A stretch of 63,554 nucleotides of DNA, counting the filler. It is 6 parts of 6 records of this genome, joined end to end, with 100 filler letters (N's around TTAATTAATTAA, not from the genome) between each part and the next. Parts side by side here need not be neighbours in the genome. Positions count along the whole stretch, not along the records: positions 8,527 to 19,388 come from SRR2962707_4425; positions 19,489 to 30,334 come from SRR2962707_4426; 4 more parts are not named here. The stretch is one strand, 5' to 3'. Below the pieces are notes generated by a model. That model worked only from the letters and a program-made list of their open reading frames with translations. It did no database searches and was not told the origin of the DNA. Shown here piece by piece: positions 8,614 through 20,019 of the stretch (its first letter is position 1; each line of letters opens with the position of its first letter). Made by a program: the position numbers and the translations under genes.

Positions 8614-11600
8614 ATGATGCTGAGTCGAATCGTAACTCGCTGGATCACGGGCAGCATTTTGCTGGCCACGCTTCTGGGCTTATGCGTGCTTCCTTTTAGC
8701 ATTGCCTTCAACATTCAAGTATCGTCGCTGCAGGACCTTCTTTCCACGCAGAGCTCACACCTGTCGTTCGTGGGCAGTTTCCAAGCTGCCTTTCCAGAAA
8801 GTGCTGACTGCACGGACGCCTGCATCTACACATCCAACTCGGGTGATGCTTCGTGTGCGCAGCATGAAAGGTTTTATCCAACCCAGATTTCAGTGTCTCC
8901 TGCAGTATGGAGATGGGAGTCAGCCGAGATTCCTGCTGGTGAGTACAACGCCATGATTGCAACGGATGCGCTTTGTTGGGAGGCCATTGGCTCTGAATCA
9001 GACCTTGGAGTCATGGAGCCGGTACCCTTCACCGTGCCCAGTTACGGATCCACTGTTCAAATGACGTATTTTGAAGACACGCAGCGGGTGACCGTGTCCG
9101 TTTTTCCGCTTGTGGGGCAATTCAGTTGCGATGGAAAACCGTATTTTGTGCCGAATTGGGAAAATTATGGCGGCGCCTTCAAGCAGGATGATGACACCAT
9201 TTTTCCCGTGTATGAAGGGTATGTTTTTCCTGAAAACCCAGGCTTGGCTTCCACGCCGTCACAAATGGCATGCGATTTTCCTCAAATGCTTGTTGCTGAG
9301 TACAACGTCTCGATCATTGCAACCATGAATGTTCCTGACTTTGACGAATTGTTGGGCGCTGGCCATACGGACCCGTTGATCCGGGTCACGTTGCCTGAGG
9401 CGGACCCATTCGGGGAGTGGCAGTCCGAACCATTTTCTGATTGTGAAAACTGTACAATTCCCTACACGTTTGCTGGGCGAACTGTTCAACTCGGTGCCAA
9501 AGTTGGCGGAAGTCGAATGGAAATCGAGCTTTGGGATGGTGATATTGGTTTTGAATGGCTGGACGATTTTATCGGCGCCGTGAACACGTCCTTGATGCGA
9601 TGCTCATTTGCAGATGTTCGCACCGACGCCGTGTGCGGCAATTTTGACACAGCCACGGACTGCATGGCTTGGAAGCCCTCACAGTACAACAACAATCCGA
9701 ATTACTGGGACGAAACGTCGTGCCAGTGGATCAACGAACGTTGTCGCGGATGTGAGGCGTACGAGTCAGAACAAACCTGTCAAAATGCAAACTGTCACTG
9801 GCGTGGTGATACGTGCACTGACATTTGTTCACAAGACGTGTGGTTGTCTTTTGATAATGAGCCTTGCGCAGAGTACAATATCACTCTTGACGAATGGACG
9901 TTTAACCCCAACGCATCTTGTGTCAAAGTCCGACAAGAGGCCATGCCATTCACCGCAACTATTGAGTCTCTACTTTTTGAGGCTGGTAACTTAAAGGTCG
10001 CATCAGCCGGCCGGATCGACAGCGCAAACATGGCCGAGGCAGATTGTGAATACACGGCCGACGAGCTTTCCCAACTTGCTTCCCTTGACTGCGATGCTCT
10101 CCTAGATGGCCTTGAGTTTGACGTGGTCAAGCGAGCCCACCCTCTGTGCGTCCCATGCCAGTCCAGTCTGGACTTTGTCTGGCAAAGAAGGCAAGGCTAC
10201 GCGTATGTAGCAGACTTTACGAGTGAAATTGATGTAGACAACGGTGATTTGTTTCTCCTTGCGGCCGGTGCAGTTGTTATCCAGCAGCCGCAGACGTATT
10301 TTCTGACTGATCAAGGCACGGTTGTTTATGCGCGGAAGGTTACATCGCCAAAGTGGATGTCGTTCAAAATCTCCATGGACGCCCGTGTTTGGTTCTTTCG
10401 AGCTGCCGGCAACGACCTGTCTCTGGATGGCGGGGACATGGAGATGGTTCCCACCTGGGTTGAGGAAGGAATTACCACAAATGGCAAAGCTGTTTTGGAG
10501 TCGGGAGAGCCAGTTCCACTGGGCCTGGACGGTGGATATGAGTTCACCCCCAGTCTTGCAATGAGTCTCGAAGATGCCAACTCCGCCAGCACAGAGTATT
10601 ACGCAGCCTTTTATCGTGATTTTTCTGCTGGGGATGTGATTACACTGGGAGGCAGTGCCTATGGTGTCACACCAGAGGATTACTTTGACCAAGCGTGTGT
10701 TGATGATGGCGACAACTTCACGTCTTCAGCTTGTGCTGCAGCAGATGCTGGCGAGCAATTTGCTTTGGCCAACCAGGAGTTTCCACTCAAGATGTACATT
10801 TCGATGGTCAGGCCACTGGTGGATGTGGTTGATAACCTCGACTGCGACGTCACAATTAACATTCTATCACTCGTGGTGACTATTTGTGTCTTCGTGATTC
10901 CCGCCACGTTGTACACGTTAATGGTGTGGTGGTTTTTGGACAAGCAACTAGACTACAACTTTGACATGATCCCGGCCTACATTGCTCGCCAAGTCCTCAC
11001 TGGACCGGATCGTAACATTCTCGGCAGTATTCCAGCCACGTATAAGTCTGGGACACGCGGAGACGTTGACAACGTGTGGTTTAGACGCCATCTTTACTAT
11101 GCAACTCAAGCCATTCAAGTTGTGTGCTGGAGCCCCATTGTAGTTTGGAGCTCATTTGGAGCATCTCTGACGAGCCACTCGCGCAACTTAGGAATGTGTA
11201 TCCTGTTTTTGGGAAACGCAATGCTTTTGGGAGGATGCGCAACACTGGCGTGGCGGCGGCGGCAATGGCGCATGACCGCTGGTATTCGACAGTTATTCAT
11301 GGGGGCTGCGGCAATGGTGATCCTTTACTTGGTCCTCATGTCCATTTTTGACATTTGCGGGGCAAGCTTCTTCAGCTTGACCACCGCGTTTTTGACTCTC
11401 AACATGGTCATCATGAGTCAGGTCAATTTTTCTGCTTGTCCTCATGTTTCCGCTGCCTATTATGAGATTGAAAAGCACAGTCAATCGCACGAAGCAGTGA
11501 TGGCGGACATTATGTCGTCGCTCGAAGAAACACAGGATGGAAATGGGAAGGTTAGCAAGAATCCCACGAACAGCAATCACCAAGGCCTTACTTCCTACAT

Positions 11601-14600
11601 TTCAGATTGCTACAGTGTCAGTTCAGAGTATCCTGTTTTCAAGTTCAGCAATGCGTTCATTCGGGATGTGAAATCAGTGATGAGCACAAAGCGCACAGGA
11701 GCGATTTTGTCTATCGGTATGCTTGCGGCCTACTGCATTGTTACACATTTTGTCTTGCCCGATGATGACATCACGGCACTTGGTATCAGCATCACAGTGG
11801 TATTGTTGGACTCGGCTGTCTACATGCTCCGCAACGGAATGATGTCCTGGAGCCCATCGTACATCACTGTACTTATGCTCCTCAGTCGCATTGCACTTGT
11901 GGCTTTCAACAGTGATTTTTGGATCGTTGGTCATGCAGCGGCCTATACTGTATTTGGTATTGCCGTCAGTCGAGAAATTATTGACCAGAAAATGCCCCGA
12001 ATGACTGGACTTGATGCTGGCGCTGTCGCTTATTTCAGCCGCGGTGACAACGTTCACTCCGAACAGCGACGCAGGAATGAGCGATTGCGAAATGTTGCCG
12101 GATCTCCGGTCTTCGTAGCCGGATTTTTGCTGTTGGCACTGACGCTGACCGTGGTACTAGCCATTTTTACTTACGGGGACTCCACGCCCAGTCTGACAGT
12201 GTTAGGCATTGAGTTTCAGGCAGTGGCAGTCTCAGTGGCCTTGGTCATCATCAATATTTTGGTTCTTCTCGTGCTGGCAACCTCGCGCGCTCTCTATCTG
12301 CAATCAAATTCTTTGTTGCAAACGAATAAGTACTTTTGTGTAAAGACAGTGTCCATGGCAACCTTATTGGCTGTGCTCTTTGTAGCATACACGATTCTCA
12401 CCGGGATTCTCTTGACCGCCCTCACTGGTTCCACTGTCTGGATCCAAGTGTGCGTATTTGTGCCTTTAATTGTGGTATCCGGGGGCTATTCTGCGCAGCA
12501 ATACTTCAAAAACGACTGCAGTTTCAGCCTCAACCCCAGACAGCGCTCCAAAGATATTGCTTTGTGGAAACAGCGCCTCGCTGATGAAAAAGAAGCTGCT
12601 GAGGAGGAAGCGAGGAACCAAGGAGACGAGATGGTCACAGATTCATCCAAGTCAGCGAGTGCAGGTGTGTTGGGTCCACTCTTCTCAACAACCAACTCTA
12701 AGAAGCCTGGCCAAATGCCATCTTTGCCCATTCGAATGCCAGACCAAATCAAGCAGCACACGGAGCACCTGAAGGCTGGTGCGCACTTGAAGAACAACGG
12801 AGCAAACAAGTCTGCCGGCGACCAACACATTGATGAACCAGTTGTTCTACCACCCATTGTGCGTGAAGAAGATCAAGAAGGATACAACCCAAACGTTCAT
12901 CAAAACTGCTGCAAGGTGTTCCAGCTGTTTTGGGACGGTCGCCTTGCCCCACGAGAATACTTCACATTCTTCGCTTTGATGTCATTCATACTCCTTTCTT
13001 TGCTCTTCTGCGTGAGCCTAGCTTTTTTCCTTCGACCATGGTACATTGGGGCAATGGTGGCTCTTGTGGGTGGGACCTTGGTCTTTGGCCTGCTCCCGCT
13101 GTATGAGTACAGCACCACGTGGCAATTTAATTGTGGCATGGTGTTCTCACTCCTCGTGTCATTCGCATGCTTGGGTGGTTTTTCGGCAATCGTGTTTTTG
13201 ATTCTCTACGAAGCTTCATTTTCTTCCACTGGCAATGTTGTGCTGGTGTCGATACTGTTTTGGTGGCCGGAATTTCTCCTCGTCGGCTTTACGCTGCAGC
13301 ACTGGCGCGAAAAAGACTTCGTGATGACAACATTTGTTCAATGCTCAATGATTTGGTTAGCTATCTGTCTCGTTCTTTTCGCCGGTGTTGTGCTGTTCTG
13401 GGTTCAGAACGTCTACGTTTTTGTGGCGTATCTGTATGTAGTGGGTCTTGGAATATATGCTTACATCCTTTTGCAGTGGTGGCTTCGAAATGACCGCTTC
13501 CTGCCGCGAGCAGCAATCTATACAACCGCTGTCATTGTCCTCGTCATCGTCGGTGCCTCCATAGCCGCAGTTTTTGTTCTACAAGCCGACCTTTTATTCT
13601 GTCTTTCTATCTGCTTCATCACGGTGTCAATTGCTTTGGTTGGGAGATTTCTTGGCGCTAAGTCAGGTGCCTCCAACGACGGTCCACTGGGTTACAACTC
13701 ATCCGTTTTCCCAGTGTACATGTACGATTCAATGCATCACGATGTCTTTGATCAATCAGACAAGGTTTGGGGGATTTTCCAAATGTTCTTCATGCTTCTT
13801 TTATGGGGCGGCACGTGTGCTGTTTACTTCGTACCCGTCGACGTGGGAATCGGCTTGATTGCTGTTGTAGTGGTATGCTTTCAGCTTGTCCTGAGCTATT
13901 TCTCTACAAAAACGATTGTGGAACTTGGACAAGCGCTCCGGTGTGTGGATGAGCTCATTTTGAAGACTGCGGCTATGAAAGCGGATGAGGCGTACCAAAC
14001 TCGACGGAGTAAGTTTGTGGTCGCTGTGCCTCAGGACCTGGAACCAGCGCAACAGAAGCTCGTCAATTCCTATGGCGCTCTTGAGCTGTATGCCAACATT
14101 GACGGGGCCACGGCCAAAAAAGAGAAAGGGACCCCAGATGCGGAAGGGCTTGAGCAAACTGGGGTCAACCTCAATGCAGCACAAGTTCGTGCGAAACACT
14201 TGGACACGATGCACTTGAAATCCGCAGAGTATTACGGCCGTCGTATTTTTGCTCTCCAGAATAATTTACGTTACCTGGACAGCGAAAAGGTTTTGGGCGA
14301 GCCAGACTGGGATCAAGGAGATGAGCAAAACGCGTCCGCAAAATCCACTTGTGAAGTTGTTGTTTTTGGTGTCCTTCTGCTTTTTGCTGTCGCATGCGCT
14401 CAATACTTTTTTTATTTCGTTGTGGGGTACTTCTATGACTATTCCATCAATGAAAACTACGGACTGCTGGGCGAATTTATTTTCTTGGTGGCCTGTGGGG
14501 CATGTTATGGACTCTTCCAAGGTATGACCGTGCGAAAACGCTCCCAGCGTCCTGACGGGTTGTTCGATGATGCCGCAGCGCGCCAGGAAATTCTCCGCAC

Positions 14601-17313
14601 AGGCGCCGGTCCTTACGGTTTCGTGTGCTGCTGTGGTATCTTCGATAAACTCCATCGTCTTGTCAATGGATCATGCCGGCGCTCAAGCAACGGTGCGATC
14701 GGTTCCAGGTCAAACAGGCTGTTTTCTGGTTATTCACCGGTTTCCAATGAGGACATGCCAGACGTTGTTCGTCACTATCAGGGTATGAAGGTCACTGCCA
14801 AGATTCGAGAGGCGGCAAGAGCCAAAATTAAGGCGAGAGCTGAGAACGGCGCAGAAAACCTTGTTGACACTCTAAAATTGATGCCGACTCTCCACAAGTG
14901 CCTGGACTATCAGTATCGCGAGGAAATGCGTGCGTTTGCGCATTTTGTTCTGCTCGTCATTCAAGCCGCCAACGAAAATCTTGCCCGAGAAGGCATCCGC
15001 TTTCAGCAATTTCTGCGCGAGTATCGTTTCAAACTGTTGGCCAACAACATCACTCCTCCACGACGTATCTTCACGTCGAAGTCATATGCTACTATCGATG
15101 TCAACCTCGTTGCCAGCTGGCTAAGCAGTTTGACTGTTGAGCAGAAGAAACGCTTTGACCAACTGAAAGCCACTTTTGTTCAAGACATAACGCATCAAAT
15201 TAACAACCAAATTGACGAAGATGAAGAAGAGCAGGAACAGGCTGCCGACCTTGCGCAAGAGCGAGCCGTCCAGGAATACAAGATGAATTGCATCCGATAC
15301 GAGATGTTTCTTAAACGCCGCGAGCAGCGGGAAAGCGAAAATCGCACTTTGCCTTTGGATGCGGACGAAGTGGTTGCCAATGCTGAGGAACGTCTTGAGG
15401 AAATTGCAAGAACAGGTGACTCGTGTCAGCCTGGCACTCATGGCCGAAAGCACCAATTCGCTGACCCAGACTTCCCGCACACCGCACAGGCGCTCGGGGA
15501 CTGCCAGGGTGCCCAGCACGTCGTTGGCTGGAAAGTGGCCAGTGACATCAACGAAACTGCAGCACTGTTTAAAGATGGATCCGATCCTGACGATGTGTTT
15601 CAGGGCGAGTTGTTTAATCAATGGCTTCTGTCCGCACTATCAATGGTTGCGGCATCTGGAGGTGTGGACGACGGCGCCATTGATCCTCTCATTGATCAAA
15701 TTTTTATCAACAAGGACACCACCACGGGAGCTTACGCCATCAAATTATGGGTAAATTCTCAATGGGAAACTGTCATTGTCGATGATTTCTTCCCGGTCCG
15801 AGATGACAAGTTCAAAACTGAGCGCAGTGCGGGGGTTGCTTTTGCACACTCTCACAACATGAGCGAACTCTGGGTCCCACTTTACGAAAAGGTACTTGTT
15901 CCGTTTTTTCCATTGTGCTTGCTGCTTAAGCCCTTGTCCTGTCATCTGCGGCTTACAAATTTGCACTGTTGTGTTCAATCTGTTTTCTAGGCTGTGGCCA
16001 AGTATTACGGCTCATACGCGACTCTGGAACGTGGGTTTGTACACCAAGCTCTTACACTAATAACTGGAGCTCCGACTGAGTGCCTGTACCTCGCAAACGC
16101 TTCGAATGGATCTGGCAAGACGCTACTATGGCGCAAGTTGCTTCGAGCCCACGAAAACAAGTATATTCTCGGCGCAGCATCCATCACTGGTGACACTACT
16201 CACAAGGAAATTTTGGAGTCTGGCATCATGATGAATGCTGCTTACTTGATCTATGAGGTTGTTCAGATCGACTCATATCAACTAATCAAACTCCGCAACC
16301 CGCCTGACTACGGTGAGGGAGCTCCTGAATGGCAAGGTGACTGGAGCGACAACTCGTCTTTGTGGACGAAGCGGTTGCGGAAAAAATTAGGAATGGTGGA
16401 GGACGAAGACGACCATCAATTTTGGATGAGTTTTGATGACTTTTGCATCATCTTCCGCTGCGTTTACGTCTGCAAAGCGATCAATCGTCGCCACTGGAAA
16501 AGCAATAAAATTCAGAGTCGGTGGTCGTTGGCTGATAAAACCGCTGCTGGCCTTCCTAGCCCACTCAATCCGGACTGTGATATCACAAGGCTCCCGCAGT
16601 ATTCTATCGTCGTCCATCGCCCAACGGATGTGCTTGTCAAGCTGTCCCAGACAGAAAATGGATACGCAACTTTGCAAGATCCACCATTTCATTTGGCAGT
16701 GTACCTTTGCAAGCTAGAAAACAAGAAGCACGTTGTCGACTGCCTGACAAATATGTCTCTCGTAACGCACTCTGGAGATCCAATATCAGCATATGAATTG
16801 ACTCTCACCGCAAACCTGCTACCCGGAAAATATGCCGTCGTTTGTGCACTATTCCAGCGAGGCAGCGAAGGCCCATTTGAATTAGAGGTCACATCGCGGC
16901 ATTCGGTCGAAGTGGCTCGCATCGATCCCGACTTCAAGTCAAAGGAGGAGTTGCGGAAAGAGGCCATCGCAAAAGTACGCTCCAAGATCGACACCGAATT
17001 GGACAAAATTGCTCATGTAACTGGAGAGAACCAGATGGACTTTGTCGACTATGATCATAGCAAACCAACAGAGAAGCCCTTCAACTGGGTCAAAATTTTG
17101 GACCCAAATTCAAAGCAGCACTACTATTATGATGTTGTGACGCATGTTTCATCGTGGGAACCTCCCGAGGACTGGGACGATGTGAAGGGGCGCAAGCGTC
17201 GTGAAGAGTGGGACCGAGAGAAGGAAAAAATTAAGGCAGCCAAAAAGGCCAAAAAGGCTGCTGCAAGGAAAGCGGCGCGCGAAGCTGAGGTAGCAGCTGC
17301 AATTGCCCAGTAG
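8614..17313 (+). CDS. Eukaryotic multi-pass membrane calpain-like protein (SP-C2-TM-CysPc-domain III-WW), two exons 8614-15891 and 15991-17313, about 2866 aa, predicted catalytically inactive
   Basis: Calpain motifs FADPDFP, DVFQG..W.LSAL, WETVIVDDFFP, ELWVPLYEK/AVAKYYGSY, L..ITGAP, LIKLRNP, W.GDWSD.S..W, FWMSFDDF; many hydrophobic helices between about 10860 and 14520; splicing restores the EKA.AK..GSY motif. Confidence 0.88.
15892..15990 (+). other. Spliceosomal GT-AG intron, 99 nt, phase 0
   Basis: AAG|GTACTT...TGTTTTCTAG|GCT with a pyrimidine-rich 3' end; removal joins LYEK to AVAKYYG. Confidence 0.92.
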
Positions 17314-17502
17314 GCGCTTGGAATGCCCGTACAATGGAGAGTAATTAGGAGATGCAAACACAAACACCTCGTGAAAAGTGCATCGAATCGCGGTTCTTGT
17401 TGTTTGTGCATGTTTGCAGAGGTGTGGGACGGGTGGAGCTAAATAAAATGTTAAGACACCTTACCCAAGAACAAGAGGGCAATTTCGGCACGGTTGTTCC
17501 TA

Positions 17503-19245
17503 TCATGACTTGTTTCGCTCCACAATATTAGGTGCACCCCTGCTCCACACAGTTTCTTGAATCCCGGGAGTGAACGCCTTGCTACCTCCATCCAGTTGGC
17601 CACTGGAGTTGTCCCCTGCTTTTACTGTCGCGCTTTCTTCAAGCCTGCCATTGTCTCTACCCAAAAACGACTCGCAAGTTGCTGGAGGTGGCGGTGGTGG
17701 TTTTGCGCACGTGGACTTGGTTTGAAGCCCATCTGGACCAACACCTGTGTGCGTCCATCCCTCTGGGACATCGCTCTGCCCGGGTATGTGCAATTCAGCT
17801 GTCTGGCTCACTGTCGACGGTTCGGTACTCAAAGACGGTGTTTTCTTTCTGCGCCTTCGCCGTCGTCTTCGACGCCTTTTTCCTCCGCCCTCGAGGTTAT
17901 GAACATTTCCCTCCGTCTCCCACGCTGTGTTGTTCAGGGCGACTTGCTGAAGCGGCTGCCGCCCTTGAGGGTGTGCACAAGCACTCGAACTGCACTGAAG
18001 CACGTGTGAGCTTGGCCGGATGTGGCATTGATATTGGCGCATGTCTCGCGGTAAAAACTCTGCAAGAAGTTTTTTGCTCGGAAGGACCACGCGTGTCCAG
18101 TCATTTTCCTTAAACCAAGTAAACCGGTTCACGTCCGTTTTGGCTTTGGAGTTCTTGCAAGCATGGCGGTTCCCCAGCACTTTTCCAGCACCGTGAAGCA
18201 TCTGCATCTCGTTCAGCACTTGCAGCACTGGCCCAGAGATGCGTTGTGGGTCGTCACATGAACCTACAATCACCTGTCCAGGAGTGGAAGCTAGTTTTCT
18301 CCGTGTACTATCGTCAAGAGGCCATATAATTCGTGCGGAAGTGGCACCGTTGGAAGGAGCAAGAACGCTCATGGCGAGGTCGTCTGCAGCAACAAAGTGG
18401 CTGCGCTCAGGTTTTAATTGCATTTCCAGCAAAGTGATTGGGCCGGTTGGACAGTGGTTGGCATAGTATCCTTCCATTGTAACAATTGCTGTGTGAAACA
18501 TTTTGGTGTCGTCGAACACGCTCTCTCCTGTCGCTTCGTCTTTTTTGTAATGATACGGCGACGACCGAAACTTGATAAAAGGACCTGAAAGCGCAAAGAT
18601 TCCTTTTTGTGATGCCAATGTTGCGCCTGCGCTCAGTTCGTGCACTAGTTCTGGAAGACGAAAAATGTGTTCAAATGCCTGCACCAACGATCGAGTCGCT
18701 TCGTGGAAGTTACCGTCAAACCAAGTGTTCGACTCGCGAAGGGGGATCATCACGTCAATATCTGCTGGACGGCGGAAAGGAGGCAACACTCCAAACGGTG
18801 GTCCGGCTGCATGTTCACGACGCACACTACTCTCCCAGTACATGCGGTATGCTTCTCCACCGTAAACATGAAGCAATCGGAAGGGCATTTGCGGCGGAGA
18901 GCCCGATTTTGATCTATTCTTGCCTCCGAGCGGTCGTTGCCGCCACGTCATCAGTCGAGCCAAGAACTTGCGCAGTGGCGAACGAAAGATATCGAGGATA
19001 TCGGCATGGAGCTTGAGGTCGTAAAATTCTTTTGTGTCAGAAGCAACATCTTTGGTAGCCAGACGCTTGTCTTCATGGTAAATGCACTCCTTGAGCTTGA
19101 TTTCTGGTGTTGTGAAGCTCATCGTTCTGCGCGCTAGCGGCGTTGAGCTTGCCGATTGCGGGGGAGTAACCAGCTCGCTGACCTGGTCCCCTCGTGCAGG
19201 ACTGATGGCGCCTGCGCCCGCCTGCTTTATCTCGTGTTCGGCCAT
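17503..19245 (-). CDS. Hypothetical eukaryotic protein with Pol-beta-type nucleotidyltransferase-like motif and basic NLS
   Basis: 580 aa ORF; HVYGGEAY...ADIDV; KRRRRRRRRRRKK; disordered termini. Confidence 0.6.
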   Translation of the reverse strand: MAEHEIKQAGAGAISPARGDQVSELVTPPQSASSTPLARRTMSFTTPEIKLKECIYHEDKRLATKDVASDTKEFYDLKLHADILDIFRSPLRKFLARLMTWRQRPLGGKNRSKSGSPPQMPFRLLHVYGGEAYRMYWESSVRREHAAGPPFGVLPPFRRPADIDVMIPLRESNTWFDGNFHEATRSLVQAFEHIFRLPELVHELSAGATLASQKGIFALSGPFIKFRSSPYHYKKDEATGESVFDDTKMFHTAIVTMEGYYANHCPTGPITLLEMQLKPERSHFVAADDLAMSVLAPSNGATSARIIWPLDDSTRRKLASTPGQVIVGSCDDPQRISGPVLQVLNEMQMLHGAGKVLGNRHACKNSKAKTDVNRFTWFKENDWTRVVLPSKKLLAEFLPRDMRQYQCHIRPSSHVLQCSSSACAHPQGRQPLQQVALNNTAWETEGNVHNLEGGGKRRRRRRRRRRKKTPSLSTEPSTVSQTAELHIPGQSDVPEGWTHTGVGPDGLQTKSTCAKPPPPPPATCESFLGRDNGRLEESATVKAGDNSSGQLDGGSKAFTPGIQETVWSRGAPNIVERNKS

Positions 19246-19363
19246 GAGTGAGTGACACAGTTTGTCAAGTACTGAATCACTAAGCAGCTCAACCGGCTTT
19301 GTTGTTCGTGCTCGTGCTCCTCGAGGGCAGCAACAAAAACCAGCCGTGAGTGGTGACCAAGCG

Positions 19364-19388
19364 AAAAAAAAAAAAAAAAAAAAAAAAA
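19364..19388 (+). repeat. Poly(A) homopolymer at contig end
   Basis: 25 consecutive A. Confidence 0.85.
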
Positions 19389-19488
19389 NNNNNNNNNNNN
19401 NNNNNNNNNNNNNNNNNNNNNNNNNNNNNNNNTTAATTAATTAANNNNNNNNNNNNNNNNNNNNNNNNNNNNNNNNNNNNNNNNNNNN
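19389..19488. other. Artificial contig spacer
   Basis: N44-TTAATTAATTAA-N44. Confidence 0.98.
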
Positions 19489-19756
19489 TGGCAAGCGCGG
19501 CGATCTGCATGCCCGCCGTCAGGCGATCTCGCAGATCCGCGACAACGAAGTTGTTCGCAAGCTGTTCGACACGATCGCTACACGTTACGCCACCCGCAAC
19601 GGCGGCTACATCCGGATCATGAAGGCTGGTTACCGTACCGGCGATAATGCTCCGATGGCCGTTGTGGAGTTCGTTGATCGCGATCCCGATGCCAAGGGCT
19701 CCAAGGACCGGGCTCGTGTGGCTGTTGAGGCTGCTGCTGAAGAAGAAGCCGCGTAA
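19489..19756 (+). CDS. rplQ: 50S ribosomal protein L17, 3' partial
   Basis: Manual translation [60 protein letters not shown]. Confidence 0.95.
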
Positions 19757-19784
19757 GCGCTTCCTTCTGGCATTGCCGACAAGT

Positions 19785-19817
19785 GAAAGGCCGGGTGCTT
19801 CGTGCGCCCGGCCTTTT
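19785..19817 (+). terminator. Intrinsic terminator after rplQ
   Basis: GAAAGGCCGGG-11nt-CCCGGCCTTTT. Confidence 0.8.
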
Positions 19818-20019
19818 CTGTTTGTCTGTTGGTAGCTCGGTTGACTGGAGGTGTGGCGGGGAGGTTGGCGCTGCGACATCGCTTTGAAACGGCAGTCATC
19901 GGAAGATGGTTCAGGATAATCCCTGTTCAATCCATTCCCCGCCATCAAGCGGTCAAAGTGATGATGACTTTACGGGGTCAGTCAGGCCATACTGGCCCAA
20001 ATCACTGAGGATTACAGTT

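Noticed and set aside
15988-15990. TAG readthrough or recoding joining the two in-frame ORFs
   Set aside because: A canonical GT-AG intron explains it and removes a 33-codon insert from a conserved motif
15994-17313. Stand-alone 439 aa calpain fragment gene
   Set aside because: It is exon 2 of the upstream gene; splicing restores a conserved motif
19364-19388. mRNA poly(A) tail
   Set aside because: The contig holds an unspliced intron and two convergent genes, so it is genomic; this is a homopolymer assembly break
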